A stretch of 31,252 bases of DNA from Polyangiales bacterium (GTDB lineage: Bacteria > Myxococcota_A > Polyangia > Polyangiales > Polyangiaceae): contig JBBRNJ010000095.1 in assembly GCA_038230375.1 (NCBI GenBank), positions 1 through 31,252 of the forward strand, in the 5' to 3' direction. Every line of letters starts with the position of its first letter. Position 1 is the first letter of the stretch. The notes beneath the pieces are model-generated. The model ran no database searches. It saw only the letters and a list, made by a program, of their open reading frames with translations, and was not told where the DNA came from. Made by a program: the position numbers and the translations under genes. Positions 18,199 through 26,895 of the stretch are shown piece by piece.

Positions 18199-19203
18199 AT
18201 GAAGGCGTTTGCCATGGATCGATACGGTGGGCCCGACGTCCTCACCCTGCGCGACCTACCGGAGCCGGAGCCGCAGGCGGGCGATCTGCTCGTGGACATG
18301 CGCGCCGCAAGCATCAATCCTGTCGATTTCAAGATCCGCGACGGAGGCGTGACGGTCCTTGTGAAGGATCGCTTTCCGCTCGTCCTCGGCGGCGATCTCA
18401 GCGGCGTCGTCACCAAGATCGGCGCTGGCGTCACCGAGTTCGCCGTGGGCGACGAGGTGTTTGCGCGCTTGCGGAAGGATCGCATTGGAACGTTCGCGGA
18501 GCGCGCGCTCGTCGACGCCTCCGTCGCCGTGAAGAAGCCAGCGTCTCTCAGCTTTGCGGAGGCCGCGTCCATCCCGCTCGTGGGCCTCACGAGCTTCCAG
18601 GCTCTCGTGGAGCTCGGCCACCTGACCCGCGGCCAGCGGGTGCTCATCCACGCTGGTTCTGGTGGCGTCGGGACGTTCGCCATCCAGCTCGCGCGGCACC
18701 TTGGCGCGGTCGTGGCGACCACCGCCAGCACGAAGAACCACGACCTTGTGAAGAAGCTCGGCGCGACCGAGGTCATCGACTACAAGACGCAGCGCTTCGA
18801 CGACGTGCTCGAGCCGTTCGACGTCATCTTCGACACGCAGGGCGGGGACACGCTGGAGCGATCGTTCAAGGTGATAAAGCGCGGCGGGACCATCGTGACC
18901 GTCGGGGGAAAGCCGGACGCAAAATTCGCGAAGGCATGGGGCCTGAATCCGTTCATCACGTTTGCGCTAGGCATCATGATGCGCAAGGTGACGCGCCTTG
19001 CACGGGAGCATGAAGCTCGCTTCGAGTACCTCTTCATGCGCCCCGACAGGCCCCAGCTCGCAGAGATCGCAGCGCTCCTGGAGTCGCGAGAGATCATTCC
19101 GGTGGTGGACCGCACCATGCCCTTCGCCGAGACGAAGGAGGCGCTGGCGTATGTCGAGTCGGGCCGCGCCGTTGGCAAAGTCGTGGTCGTACGCGAGGGC
19201 TGA
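18199..19203 (+). CDS. NADP-dependent oxidoreductase (MDR/quinone oxidoreductase family)
   Basis: AASINPVDFKIR, VLIHAGSGGVGTFAIQLA and GRAVGKVVV. Confidence 0.93.
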   Translation: MKAFAMDRYGGPDVLTLRDLPEPEPQAGDLLVDMRAASINPVDFKIRDGGVTVLVKDRFPLVLGGDLSGVVTKIGAGVTEFAVGDEVFARLRKDRIGTFAERALVDASVAVKKPASLSFAEAASIPLVGLTSFQALVELGHLTRGQRVLIHAGSGGVGTFAIQLARHLGAVVATTASTKNHDLVKKLGATEVIDYKTQRFDDVLEPFDVIFDTQGGDTLERSFKVIKRGGTIVTVGGKPDAKFAKAWGLNPFITFALGIMMRKVTRLAREHEARFEYLFMRPDRPQLAEIAALLESREIIPVVDRTMPFAETKEALAYVESGRAVGKVVVVREG

Positions 19204-19222
19204 ACGGTGGCATGATGCGGCG

Positions 19223-20083
19223 ATGCGCATTGCGATCGTCGGTACGGGCGCCATTGGCAGCACGTTCGCATTTCATCTCTCCAAGGTCGGTCACGACGTC
19301 ACGGTGATCGCGCGGGGGGCTCGCCTTGCGCAGCTGCGCGCGGAGAACGCGATCGTGCGGGTGGATGGCGAGCGCGCAAAGGTGGACGTGAGTGGCACGC
19401 TCGAGGCGACCACGCCGTGGGACCTGGTGCTCGTGACGGTGCTGGCGCCGCAGGTGGACGCGGTGCTGCCGGCTGTCCGCGACAGCAACGCGAAGACCGT
19501 GATGTTCATGTTCAACACGTTCGAGCCACTGGATCGACTGCGCGACGCCGTGGGCGCGGCGCGGTTCGCGTTCGGTTTCCCCGCTGTGCTGGCCACGCTG
19601 CACGAGGGAAGGCTGAAGACGAAGGTGTTCGCGCATGGGCAGATCACCACGGTGTCGGACGCAGCGTGGGCGAAGCATTTCACCGGCGCGCACATTCCCA
19701 CGGTCATGCACGGAGACATGCACAGCTGGCTGCGCACGCACGCGGCGTTCATCATGCCGTTCATGGCGCTCGCCGCGATCGTGTTCGCGCGTGGTGGTAT
19801 CGGTGTGTCGTGGGACGAGGCGCGCAAGATCGCGCGCGCCATGTCGGCGGGCTTTGCGCTGGTTCGCTCACTCGGCAACGCGATCACGCCGTCCGCGATG
19901 GCCCTCATGAGCCACGCGCCGGACGTGATGACGGCGCTGGTGGTCTGGATCGCGAGCCGTACGAAGGCCGTGCGCGAGCTGGGCGCGATGGGGCCGGGCG
20001 AGGCACGGATGCTGATCGACATGATGTCGGAGGCGGCGCCGGATGCCGGAAGGACCGAAGCGATACGTGCGATCCGGCCGTAG
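19223..20083 (+). CDS. Ketopantoate reductase-like (ApbA/PanE family) protein, divergent
   Basis: MRIAIVGTGAIG, GHDVTVIARG and DLVLVTV; the C-terminal domain is atypical. Confidence 0.8.
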   Translation: MRIAIVGTGAIGSTFAFHLSKVGHDVTVIARGARLAQLRAENAIVRVDGERAKVDVSGTLEATTPWDLVLVTVLAPQVDAVLPAVRDSNAKTVMFMFNTFEPLDRLRDAVGAARFAFGFPAVLATLHEGRLKTKVFAHGQITTVSDAAWAKHFTGAHIPTVMHGDMHSWLRTHAAFIMPFMALAAIVFARGGIGVSWDEARKIARAMSAGFALVRSLGNAITPSAMALMSHAPDVMTALVVWIASRTKAVRELGAMGPGEARMLIDMMSEAAPDAGRTEAIRAIRP

Positions 20084-20124
20084 ATCTTGGGTAGGATGGG
20101 GACCGGGGGACGCGAGAGTAGGAA

Positions 20125-21255
20125 TTGAAGAAAGACGACGGCGCCCCCGAGGTCCTGGAGAAGATGTCTCTGGGCCTCATCGAACGGTTCAAGCGAGCGA
20201 CGATCATCGAGGTCGTCTACCCGAAGGAGCGCGGCGCGATCGGCCTGCGAGGCAGCACTGCGCCGCTCTCGTGGACCAGGACCACGCCGCCCACGGCGAC
20301 GCTTGGTGACCGCAGCGTCTTCGAGCTCGCGATCGCCGACGGCGAGACGCTCGACATCAAGCTGGTGCGCGGCAACGACGAATGGGCCCACGGTCGCAAC
20401 TACACACTGCACGCCGGCGATCATCTCCACCTTCGTCCCGCGTTCGAGCGCACGACCTGCAAGCTCTTGCCGTCCGTTACCCTGGAGACCAAGCCGTGGC
20501 CGCTCCGCTACCGCGTGCTTCTTCCGCCCACGTACGACGAGCAGCGGTCACGACATTACCCGGTGCTCTATGCGCAGGACGGGCAGGCGCTCTGGTCCAC
20601 ATCCACGGACCCGTTCGGCGTGTGGACGCTCGACACGGTGATCGATCAGCTCCTCGAGATCGGCGTCATGAGCGAGCTCATCGTCGTTGGCATCGAGACC
20701 TCGGAGGCGCGCAAGGACCGCCTGGGCCCAGTCCCCGATCCGATGCACGGTGGAGGCCGCGCTGCCGAGCACCTCTCCACCATGACCAGCGTCCTCAAGC
20801 CTCGCATCGACAAGGAGTTTCGAACGCGCGTGGGCCGCGACGACACCGCCGTCATCGGTTCGTCGCTCGGCGGTCTCTTCTCCTTCTTCGCCGCGTGGAC
20901 CGCGCCAGAAGTGTTCGGCAAGGCCATCTACATCTCGAGCTCGTTCTGGTGGGCGAACCGCTACATGGTCCGCGCTGCTGGCATGGCCCCGTCGCCGCGC
21001 CCGACGATCTACCTGGATTCTGGCGTGGGAATTCACGCAGACGCGGCCGCGCAGGACGGCTTCCAGCACACGCACGCGATGCAGCGCGCGCTCACGCGGG
21101 CCGGCTACACCAACGGAGACGACCTTCATCGGCTGGCCTTCCCCGGCCAGCACCACTCGACGGCGGCGTGGTCGGCGCGCGTGGCCATCCCGCTGCAGCT
21201 GCTCTTCCCTCCCCCGGCGCTCACGCAGGTCCCAGCGAAGTCGATCACGCCGTAG
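20125..21255 (+). CDS. Alpha/beta-hydrolase (putative esterase family) with N-terminal CBM20-like beta domain
   Basis: LPPTY...YPVLYAQDGQ, GSSLGG nucleophile elbow, YLDSG and H..AAW. Start is TTG 20125 or ATG 20164. Confidence 0.88.
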   Translation: MKKDDGAPEVLEKMSLGLIERFKRATIIEVVYPKERGAIGLRGSTAPLSWTRTTPPTATLGDRSVFELAIADGETLDIKLVRGNDEWAHGRNYTLHAGDHLHLRPAFERTTCKLLPSVTLETKPWPLRYRVLLPPTYDEQRSRHYPVLYAQDGQALWSTSTDPFGVWTLDTVIDQLLEIGVMSELIVVGIETSEARKDRLGPVPDPMHGGGRAAEHLSTMTSVLKPRIDKEFRTRVGRDDTAVIGSSLGGLFSFFAAWTAPEVFGKAIYISSSFWWANRYMVRAAGMAPSPRPTIYLDSGVGIHADAAAQDGFQHTHAMQRALTRAGYTNGDDLHRLAFPGQHHSTAAWSARVAIPLQLLFPPPALTQVPAKSITP

Positions 21256-21276
21256 CCGCTGTGCGCTACGCTCGCC

Positions 21277-21363
21277 ATGCTGCCTGTGGGACTTCGGCGT
21301 GACTTCCGAATACAGCTTTTGTTGCTGAACTAGCACGTCGCGCCTCTTCTCCCCGGGCAGCGT
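21277..21363 (+). ncRNA. Putative structured RNA (Y-RNA-like or cis-regulatory leader) upstream of the vWA/TROVE-like gene
   Basis: Nested helices: 21277-21291/21350-21363 (14 bp, one bulged U), 21296-21303/21337-21344 (8 bp) and 21313-21316/21324-21327 (4 bp). Three G-U pairs work only on the + strand. Confidence 0.55.
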
Positions 21364-21376
21364 TCCTTCCCCGCCC

Positions 21377-22810
21377 ATGGAAACCCGTAGCCAGCGCGTC
21401 ACGCGCGAAGACTTTCTCCTGTTCGTGAACGCGTGCTTCGCGTGCACGGGCCAGAAGGAGTTCTACGGGGACGGCTACGGCCAGACGGTGTCGCTCCGCT
21501 TCTTGCACCAGTACATCCTGGGCAACTATCGGAGCCTCTATGCGCGCGTCCTTGCGTGTGGCGTGAACCACATGAACCAGGCGCTCATCGTCGAGAACCT
21601 TCTCGCGTCGGGGCGTGAGACGGCTCCGGGCAGTCGCGCGGAAGAGAATGCGCTCATCACGCGCTCGCTGGATCTGCTCCCCACGCATCGCGCAATGCAT
21701 CTTCTCTCCGATGTCGCGGGGCGCGGCGTCAACAACCGGCGCACGCGCGCGCTCACGAAGCGCTATCTGGGCGCGACGGAGAAGCGCGACTTCCGCGCGG
21801 TGAAATATCGGCGGTCCTTCCGGCGTGCGGCGATGCACGCTCACATGCGCTACGAAGGGGAGCTCGCCTCGTTCTTCGTCAAGGGCTGGCGAGAGCGTCA
21901 CTTCCAGACTCCCCTGTTCGAGTCGTTCCGGCAGGCCCACTACGCCGAGAGCGCGATCTACGATCTGCCGTACTCGATCGCCGAAGGATTGGCCGTAAAA
22001 CACGGCGTACGACGCGAGATCTTCCTGGAGCGCATCGCGCCGAAGATGACCGAGAACGAGCGAATGCGCCTGCGCGACACGAGCTCGGCGCACGGCGTCG
22101 CGCTCACCGTGAACTGGGCACGACAACCACCGACCCGCGTGGCCAGCTACGTGCTGTCGCTTCCACACGACGAGCGTGTAGCGCGCATGCCGGAGCTGTC
22201 CGCAGCGCTCGACCAGTCCACGAGCCGAGCCATCCAGAGGACCGCGGCTCGCTTCGGCAAGGTGGCATGCGTCCTGGATCGCAGCTTCTCGAGCTCTGGA
22301 TCCAACGAGAAGCGCAAGAGACCGCTTGCAGTCGCGCTCGCAGTCTCTCGCTTCCTCTCGGGCTCCGCCGAGTCCTGCGCTGTCTTCTGGACTTCTGCGG
22401 AGGCCGGCCCGGAGACGGCGGGACGCGATAGCGAGCTACTTCTCACGCCGCGCGGGTCGACCGATCTCACGACGCCGGTGCTCCAGGCTCTGCGCACCAT
22501 GCCCGAGCTCCTCGTGATCGTCTCGGACGGCTTCGACAACGATCCGGAGGGCCTGGTCGGGCAGGCCCTGGAGGCCGGGCAGCGCCTTCTGCCAGGGACC
22601 TTCGTCATCCATCTGAACCCCGTCTACGACAACGAGTCTTACGCGCCAAAATCATTCTCGCCGAAGGTCGCGACCATGGGCGTGCGCGACGCGGACGAGA
22701 TTCCCACGCTGGTCGCATTCGCGCGCTTCGCCCGCGGCGGAGCCCCGCTTGCGGAGCTTGCGGCCCACCTGGACGCACGCGTTGCCGCATTTCTCGGGGT
22801 GTCCGGATGA
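21377..22810 (+). CDS. Helical N-terminal domain plus C-terminal vWA domain protein (Ro60/TROVE-like architecture)
   Basis: MIDAS elements VLDRSFS (DxSxS), RGSTDL (T) and VIVSDGFDN (D). The N-terminal ~290 aa are helical and Arg/Lys-rich (NNRRTR, AVKYRR). Confidence 0.8.
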   Translation: METRSQRVTREDFLLFVNACFACTGQKEFYGDGYGQTVSLRFLHQYILGNYRSLYARVLACGVNHMNQALIVENLLASGRETAPGSRAEENALITRSLDLLPTHRAMHLLSDVAGRGVNNRRTRALTKRYLGATEKRDFRAVKYRRSFRRAAMHAHMRYEGELASFFVKGWRERHFQTPLFESFRQAHYAESAIYDLPYSIAEGLAVKHGVRREIFLERIAPKMTENERMRLRDTSSAHGVALTVNWARQPPTRVASYVLSLPHDERVARMPELSAALDQSTSRAIQRTAARFGKVACVLDRSFSSSGSNEKRKRPLAVALAVSRFLSGSAESCAVFWTSAEAGPETAGRDSELLLTPRGSTDLTTPVLQALRTMPELLVIVSDGFDNDPEGLVGQALEAGQRLLPGTFVIHLNPVYDNESYAPKSFSPKVATMGVRDADEIPTLVAFARFARGGAPLAELAAHLDARVAAFLGVSG

Positions 22811-23961
22811 CAACCAGCGCGCCCACGGGCCTCTCCGCGTACGGGCTTGCGGCGGGTTCGTCCCAGGTGATGGGAGCGTTTCGCGTGGTCCCGCTCCTGC
22901 GTGCGAGCGCGCCGGGCGATCTGCGGATCGGCATCCGCGACTACAGCGCCTACGGTCTGGTCGGAGTGGACGCTAGGGCGCACGCGCCGGGGATCAAGTA
23001 CCTCTCCTACATCCCGCACGGCTTCGTCATCGCTCACACGGCCGACGGCTCCGAGGCAACGTTCGGCGCTTCGCTGGGGGAAAAGAAGGCCTGCTGCGTG
23101 AAGCTCCACCATCGCATGGTGAAGCGAGAGGCCGATACGGACGGGCCGACCCGACGGTTCCGGATGCTGCCGCTGCATCTCGCGATGGAGGGCTTTCTCG
23201 CGCTGCATTTCCGGGGTCCAGAGATCCTGTGGAGCGACTATTCGGAGCAGGCTGCACGCCGCGGGCTCAGTCCGCGCATGGAGACATCCATGCATGGTGC
23301 ATGGATTCGCGGCTTCGAGGATGCGCTGCGCGTCTTCGAGATCCACGAGACGCAGGTTGGCGTGATGGTGTTCATCGCCGAGGCGCTCGCGTCGGTGTTC
23401 GTGGTCTCCCATCCCGACGACTATCGGCGTCTGCACCTGTCGCTGCTCGAGGACTTCTATGGAGAGCTTCTCTACAACTACGCGATGCTCTATCCGCAGA
23501 AGCCACTGGCGTTCGAGCGCCTCGACCAGAGCAAGGTCCTTGGCCTGGACGATCTGGAGCGGGACGTCGGCCGCGTCCGCAGCGCTCATCGGGACTACAC
23601 CGACCTGCTCGCGGAGGGACTCTTCGGCCGCCCCATGGTGACCGAGCGCCTGCGGACCATGGGCCCGTTCGAGCTCGACAGGTTCACGCCCGTCTTCGAC
23701 CCGGACCAGGAGTGCCATATCGGTGAGCGCATCCTGCGGAACGACGGCACGCTCGAGTACATGAAGACGTTCCGCCTGTCGTCAGCGCAGGTGCGCCGCG
23801 CATACCTCCTCTCCAAGATTGCGGAGGCGGAATGGAACCTCGATGTCGCCGCCAAGGCCCTTACGTGCACCTACGACGAGCTCGTGAAGCGCCTCGTCAA
23901 CGCGGGGTTCGGATCGCTCGTGAAGCTGCACATCGCGAAGGCGGCCCTGAGGTCGTTCTGA
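22807..23961 (+). CDS. ARPP-2-like domain protein with C-terminal Fis-like HTH
   Basis: ATGA overlap with the upstream gene. Motifs RVVPLLR, YIPHG, LPLHLAMEGFLALHF and LLEDFYGEL recalled from this family. C-terminus YLLSKIAEAEWNLDVAAKALTCTYDELVKRL is HTH-like. Confidence 0.7.
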   Translation: MTTSAPTGLSAYGLAAGSSQVMGAFRVVPLLRASAPGDLRIGIRDYSAYGLVGVDARAHAPGIKYLSYIPHGFVIAHTADGSEATFGASLGEKKACCVKLHHRMVKREADTDGPTRRFRMLPLHLAMEGFLALHFRGPEILWSDYSEQAARRGLSPRMETSMHGAWIRGFEDALRVFEIHETQVGVMVFIAEALASVFVVSHPDDYRRLHLSLLEDFYGELLYNYAMLYPQKPLAFERLDQSKVLGLDDLERDVGRVRSAHRDYTDLLAEGLFGRPMVTERLRTMGPFELDRFTPVFDPDQECHIGERILRNDGTLEYMKTFRLSSAQVRRAYLLSKIAEAEWNLDVAAKALTCTYDELVKRLVNAGFGSLVKLHIAKAALRSF

Positions 23962-23998
23962 TTTTCGCGCGGAGCGTTCGGTCGCTCCGACCACCGTG

Positions 23999-24613
23999 TC
24001 ACTGCGGGCAGGCGTTGTAGCAAGCGGTGAGCGCCATGCAGTCTGCGTCGGCGTTGCACGCGGTGTCGATCTGCTTGTCGCACGTGCCGGTGCCGTCGCC
24101 CGGGGCGGCCTTCTGCTCGCAGAGATCGCAGGCGTCGCCGGGCGTCGGCGCGGGTGCGTTCTGGGCAGTGCTGCAATCGGTCTTCGCGCACTGCGTCTTG
24201 CAAGCGCCCGTCGAGCCGCACATGCACGCAAAGAACGCGTCGCCCGCGACCTGATCGCCAGCCTGGTGGTTCGTCTGACAGCAGGTGCCGCACGCTTCGC
24301 CGGTCGCCATCGCGGCGCACGCCTGGTCCGGCGAGCTGCCGGTGCCGCCCTCGGGCGAAGTACCGCCGCCACCACCGCCGCCGCCGCCACCACCACCGCC
24401 ACCGCCGCCGTTGTCCGAGCCGCCGCTGCCGCTACCGTTACCGCCACCGCCGCCGCCGTTGTTCGAACCGGACCCACTGCCGTTGCCGGAGCCCTTCGTC
24501 GACGCGCTCGTGTTGCTACCGGTGTCGGGTGCGGGCGAAGAGCAAGCCGCTGCAACGAAGAGAGAACAGCACGCGAGCAGGAGACCGAGACCCTTGGCGG
24601 AAGCTTTGCGCAT
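23999..24613 (-). CDS. Lipoprotein with Gly/Ser/Asn linker and Cys-rich C-terminal domain
   Basis: Signal MRKASAKGLGLLLACCSLFVAAAC; poly-Gly; CxxCC, CxC, CxxxC and C..DADC...C...C. Confidence 0.85.
   Translation of the reverse strand: MRKASAKGLGLLLACCSLFVAAACSSPAPDTGSNTSASTKGSGNGSGSGSNNGGGGGGNGSGSGGSDNGGGGGGGGGGGGGGGGTSPEGGTGSSPDQACAAMATGEACGTCCQTNHQAGDQVAGDAFFACMCGSTGACKTQCAKTDCSTAQNAPAPTPGDACDLCEQKAAPGDGTGTCDKQIDTACNADADCMALTACYNACPQ
24362..24409 (-). repeat. (GGC/GGT)16 poly-glycine coding repeat
   Basis: 16 consecutive Gly codons inside the lipoprotein linker. Confidence 0.9.
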
Positions 24614-24921
24614 GACAAACACCTTTTCTTCTTCCGTGGGACTGTCCCGGCGGAGCGGAGCTGACTGGGGTACTCGCAAGAGAAGGGCCACACGAAGGCC
24701 ACGCGCGAATCACCGAGATTTTGCGGGTAGACGACGGCTACGGATCAGGTACACGCATCCACCGAGGGTCCAGAGCACCTGGTCCGATGGGCCGTCAGAC
24801 GGGCCCCCGCGAAGGTGCGAAGGTGTCTCCCAGGTGGGACACCGCGCCGCGCCGAGGCGCCATCGAGACCCGTGCCCCGTTGTAGCGACGAGAAGTGGCG
24901 CGCTTGCTATCGTGCGAGCCC

Positions 24922-25455
24922 ATGGCTGCGGAGCGAACGATCGCGACCCCCGATGACGCGCGCGCCGTTCTCCTGGAGATCGGTGCGCCGGAGCGGCTCG
25001 TGAGGCACGGGGAGCTCGTGCTCGAAGCGGCGGACGCGTTGCTGGACCAGCTGCGGGCGCTCCGTGTCGAGTTGAATGAGCCACTCGTGCGCGCGGGCGC
25101 GATGCTTCACGACAGCGGCAAGACGCTGTTTCCGGCGGAGCTCGCCGGCAAGGGTTCCGAGCACGAAGAGGCGGGATACGCGCTGCTCCGCGAGCACGGC
25201 GTCGATCCGGCGGTCGCCCGCTGCTGCGTGTCGCACGCGAAGTGGGCGTCCATGTCGTGCTCACTCGAGGAGCTGGTGGTCGCGCTCGCGGACGCGCTCT
25301 GGAAGGGTGTTCGCCGCGCGGAGCTGGAGCACCGCGTCGTCACCGACGTGGCCTTCCACCTGCGCGTCGACCCCTGGACGGTCTTCGTGAAGCTGGATGG
25401 ATGCTTCGAACGCATCGCCGATGGTGGTGAGGACAGATTGCTGCGCAGCCGTTGA
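24922..25455 (+). CDS. HD-domain metal-dependent phosphohydrolase
   Basis: H..LV, GAMLHDSGK, HEEAG, SH and LADAL give the HD superfamily ligand order. Confidence 0.88.
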   Translation: MAAERTIATPDDARAVLLEIGAPERLVRHGELVLEAADALLDQLRALRVELNEPLVRAGAMLHDSGKTLFPAELAGKGSEHEEAGYALLREHGVDPAVARCCVSHAKWASMSCSLEELVVALADALWKGVRRAELEHRVVTDVAFHLRVDPWTVFVKLDGCFERIADGGEDRLLRSR

Positions 25456-25569
25456 GCGGTAGCGCTCAGATGCTGCCCAGATTTCTCGGTCGGCGGTGAC
25501 GAAAGCCAGGGGGTGAGCACAAGACCTTGCATGGGTGACGAAACGGACCGCGTGGCCACAAGCGCCGTC

Positions 25570-26856
25570 ATGGCATCCTCTTCTGCTCTCGCTTCTTTCC
25601 TTCTGAGACATGCACTCTCGCTCGGCATCGCGGGCGGGGCCGTTCTCGCGCTCACGCATTGCGGAGAACAAGCCTCCTCTTCATCCCCACAAACCGATCG
25701 GGCGGCGGAGGGGATCGGACGTGGGCACGGCGGGACCGGCCCAGGCGGTGGTTCCACGGACGGGCGCTCCGATAGCGCGCCTTCACTTCCGCCCCTCAGC
25801 CCCTATTGCGAGCAGGCCTGTCAGGAGGCGGGCGGTGACGATACGAAGTGGGCGGTCTGCTACTCGTGCAAGTGCAAGCAAGCGCTCGGCGCGCTGCCAC
25901 CACAGAGCGGAGCCACGTGCGCAGCCGGCAAGGACATCCATGTGTACACGGTGTCGCTCGTGAACGGCGTGCCGGTGGAGCGCGACGAGCCGGACGATGT
26001 CGAGACGTGCGAGAACCCGGCGCTGCTCGAGAGCCTCCCGATCGAAGCTGCGTGCGTGCCTGGCGGCAAGCTCGGCCAAGGCACGCTCGACAACGGCGTC
26101 GTCTTCAAATCCGTCTGCAGACGAAAGCCGGGAGTGTCGCGCGCGGAAGCGCCGGTCTACATCGACCACGGGATCATCGCGCACAATCCGCAGAACGGAG
26201 CGACCTGCTACTGGGTCGCCGGGATCGCCGAGTCCGACGGCGTTCTCCCCGATGTGGATCTCACGGACGGCGACGAGGGGAAGATCGCGGCGTACACCGC
26301 GTTCTGGGAAGCTGGGAGCGCGCGCGCGGAAGGCGACGACTGCGTGGGCTGTCACGACAATGATCCGTTCGTGTACTCACCGCACCTCAAGTCGGTTTTC
26401 GACTTTGATACGAGCGCATATCGCTTCAGCCCGTACGCGCAGGTTCGTGTGGATGGTCGACCTACCACGGTGGGCAGCAAGCACCTGGTGAGCCCCGAGG
26501 CAGCGCCATGCACGAGCTGCCATCGTATCTCGGACCAGGGGACATGCTCCGACTGGCTGGGCATATCCACGGGCACACCGACGCCCGACAGGCCCTACGA
26601 GCTCGACATGATCGCGCACCCCGACGCGTACTTCCCATACTCGACCTGGATGCCGCAGCCCTTGCCGCCGGCAGCGACAACACATGCGAAGTGGCTCGCG
26701 TCGTTCGGACGTGCGCGCGACTTCATCGCCGACTGCTGCGCGAACCCCACGCACACTGGATGCCAGTGGGAGGACCTGGTGGGCTTCTCCGCGCTCCTGC
26801 CGGACGACCTACGCGACAACGCCATTCAGCAACGCAGCGTTCGTGCGCGACCGTGA
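25570..26856 (+). CDS. Cys-rich lipoprotein with two CxxCH heme c motifs
   Basis: Lipobox-like LTHC; CVGCH and CTSCH; many extra Cys residues. Confidence 0.8.
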   Translation: MASSSALASFLLRHALSLGIAGGAVLALTHCGEQASSSSPQTDRAAEGIGRGHGGTGPGGGSTDGRSDSAPSLPPLSPYCEQACQEAGGDDTKWAVCYSCKCKQALGALPPQSGATCAAGKDIHVYTVSLVNGVPVERDEPDDVETCENPALLESLPIEAACVPGGKLGQGTLDNGVVFKSVCRRKPGVSRAEAPVYIDHGIIAHNPQNGATCYWVAGIAESDGVLPDVDLTDGDEGKIAAYTAFWEAGSARAEGDDCVGCHDNDPFVYSPHLKSVFDFDTSAYRFSPYAQVRVDGRPTTVGSKHLVSPEAAPCTSCHRISDQGTCSDWLGISTGTPTPDRPYELDMIAHPDAYFPYSTWMPQPLPPAATTHAKWLASFGRARDFIADCCANPTHTGCQWEDLVGFSALLPDDLRDNAIQQRSVRARP

Positions 26857-26895
26857 GGGCGCGTCGATGCAACCCGGGCGGTGTCGCGGGCGCGC

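Noticed and set aside
21313..21327. Intrinsic terminator for the esterase gene
   Set aside because: The T-run is in the loop of the hairpin, not 3' of a stem.
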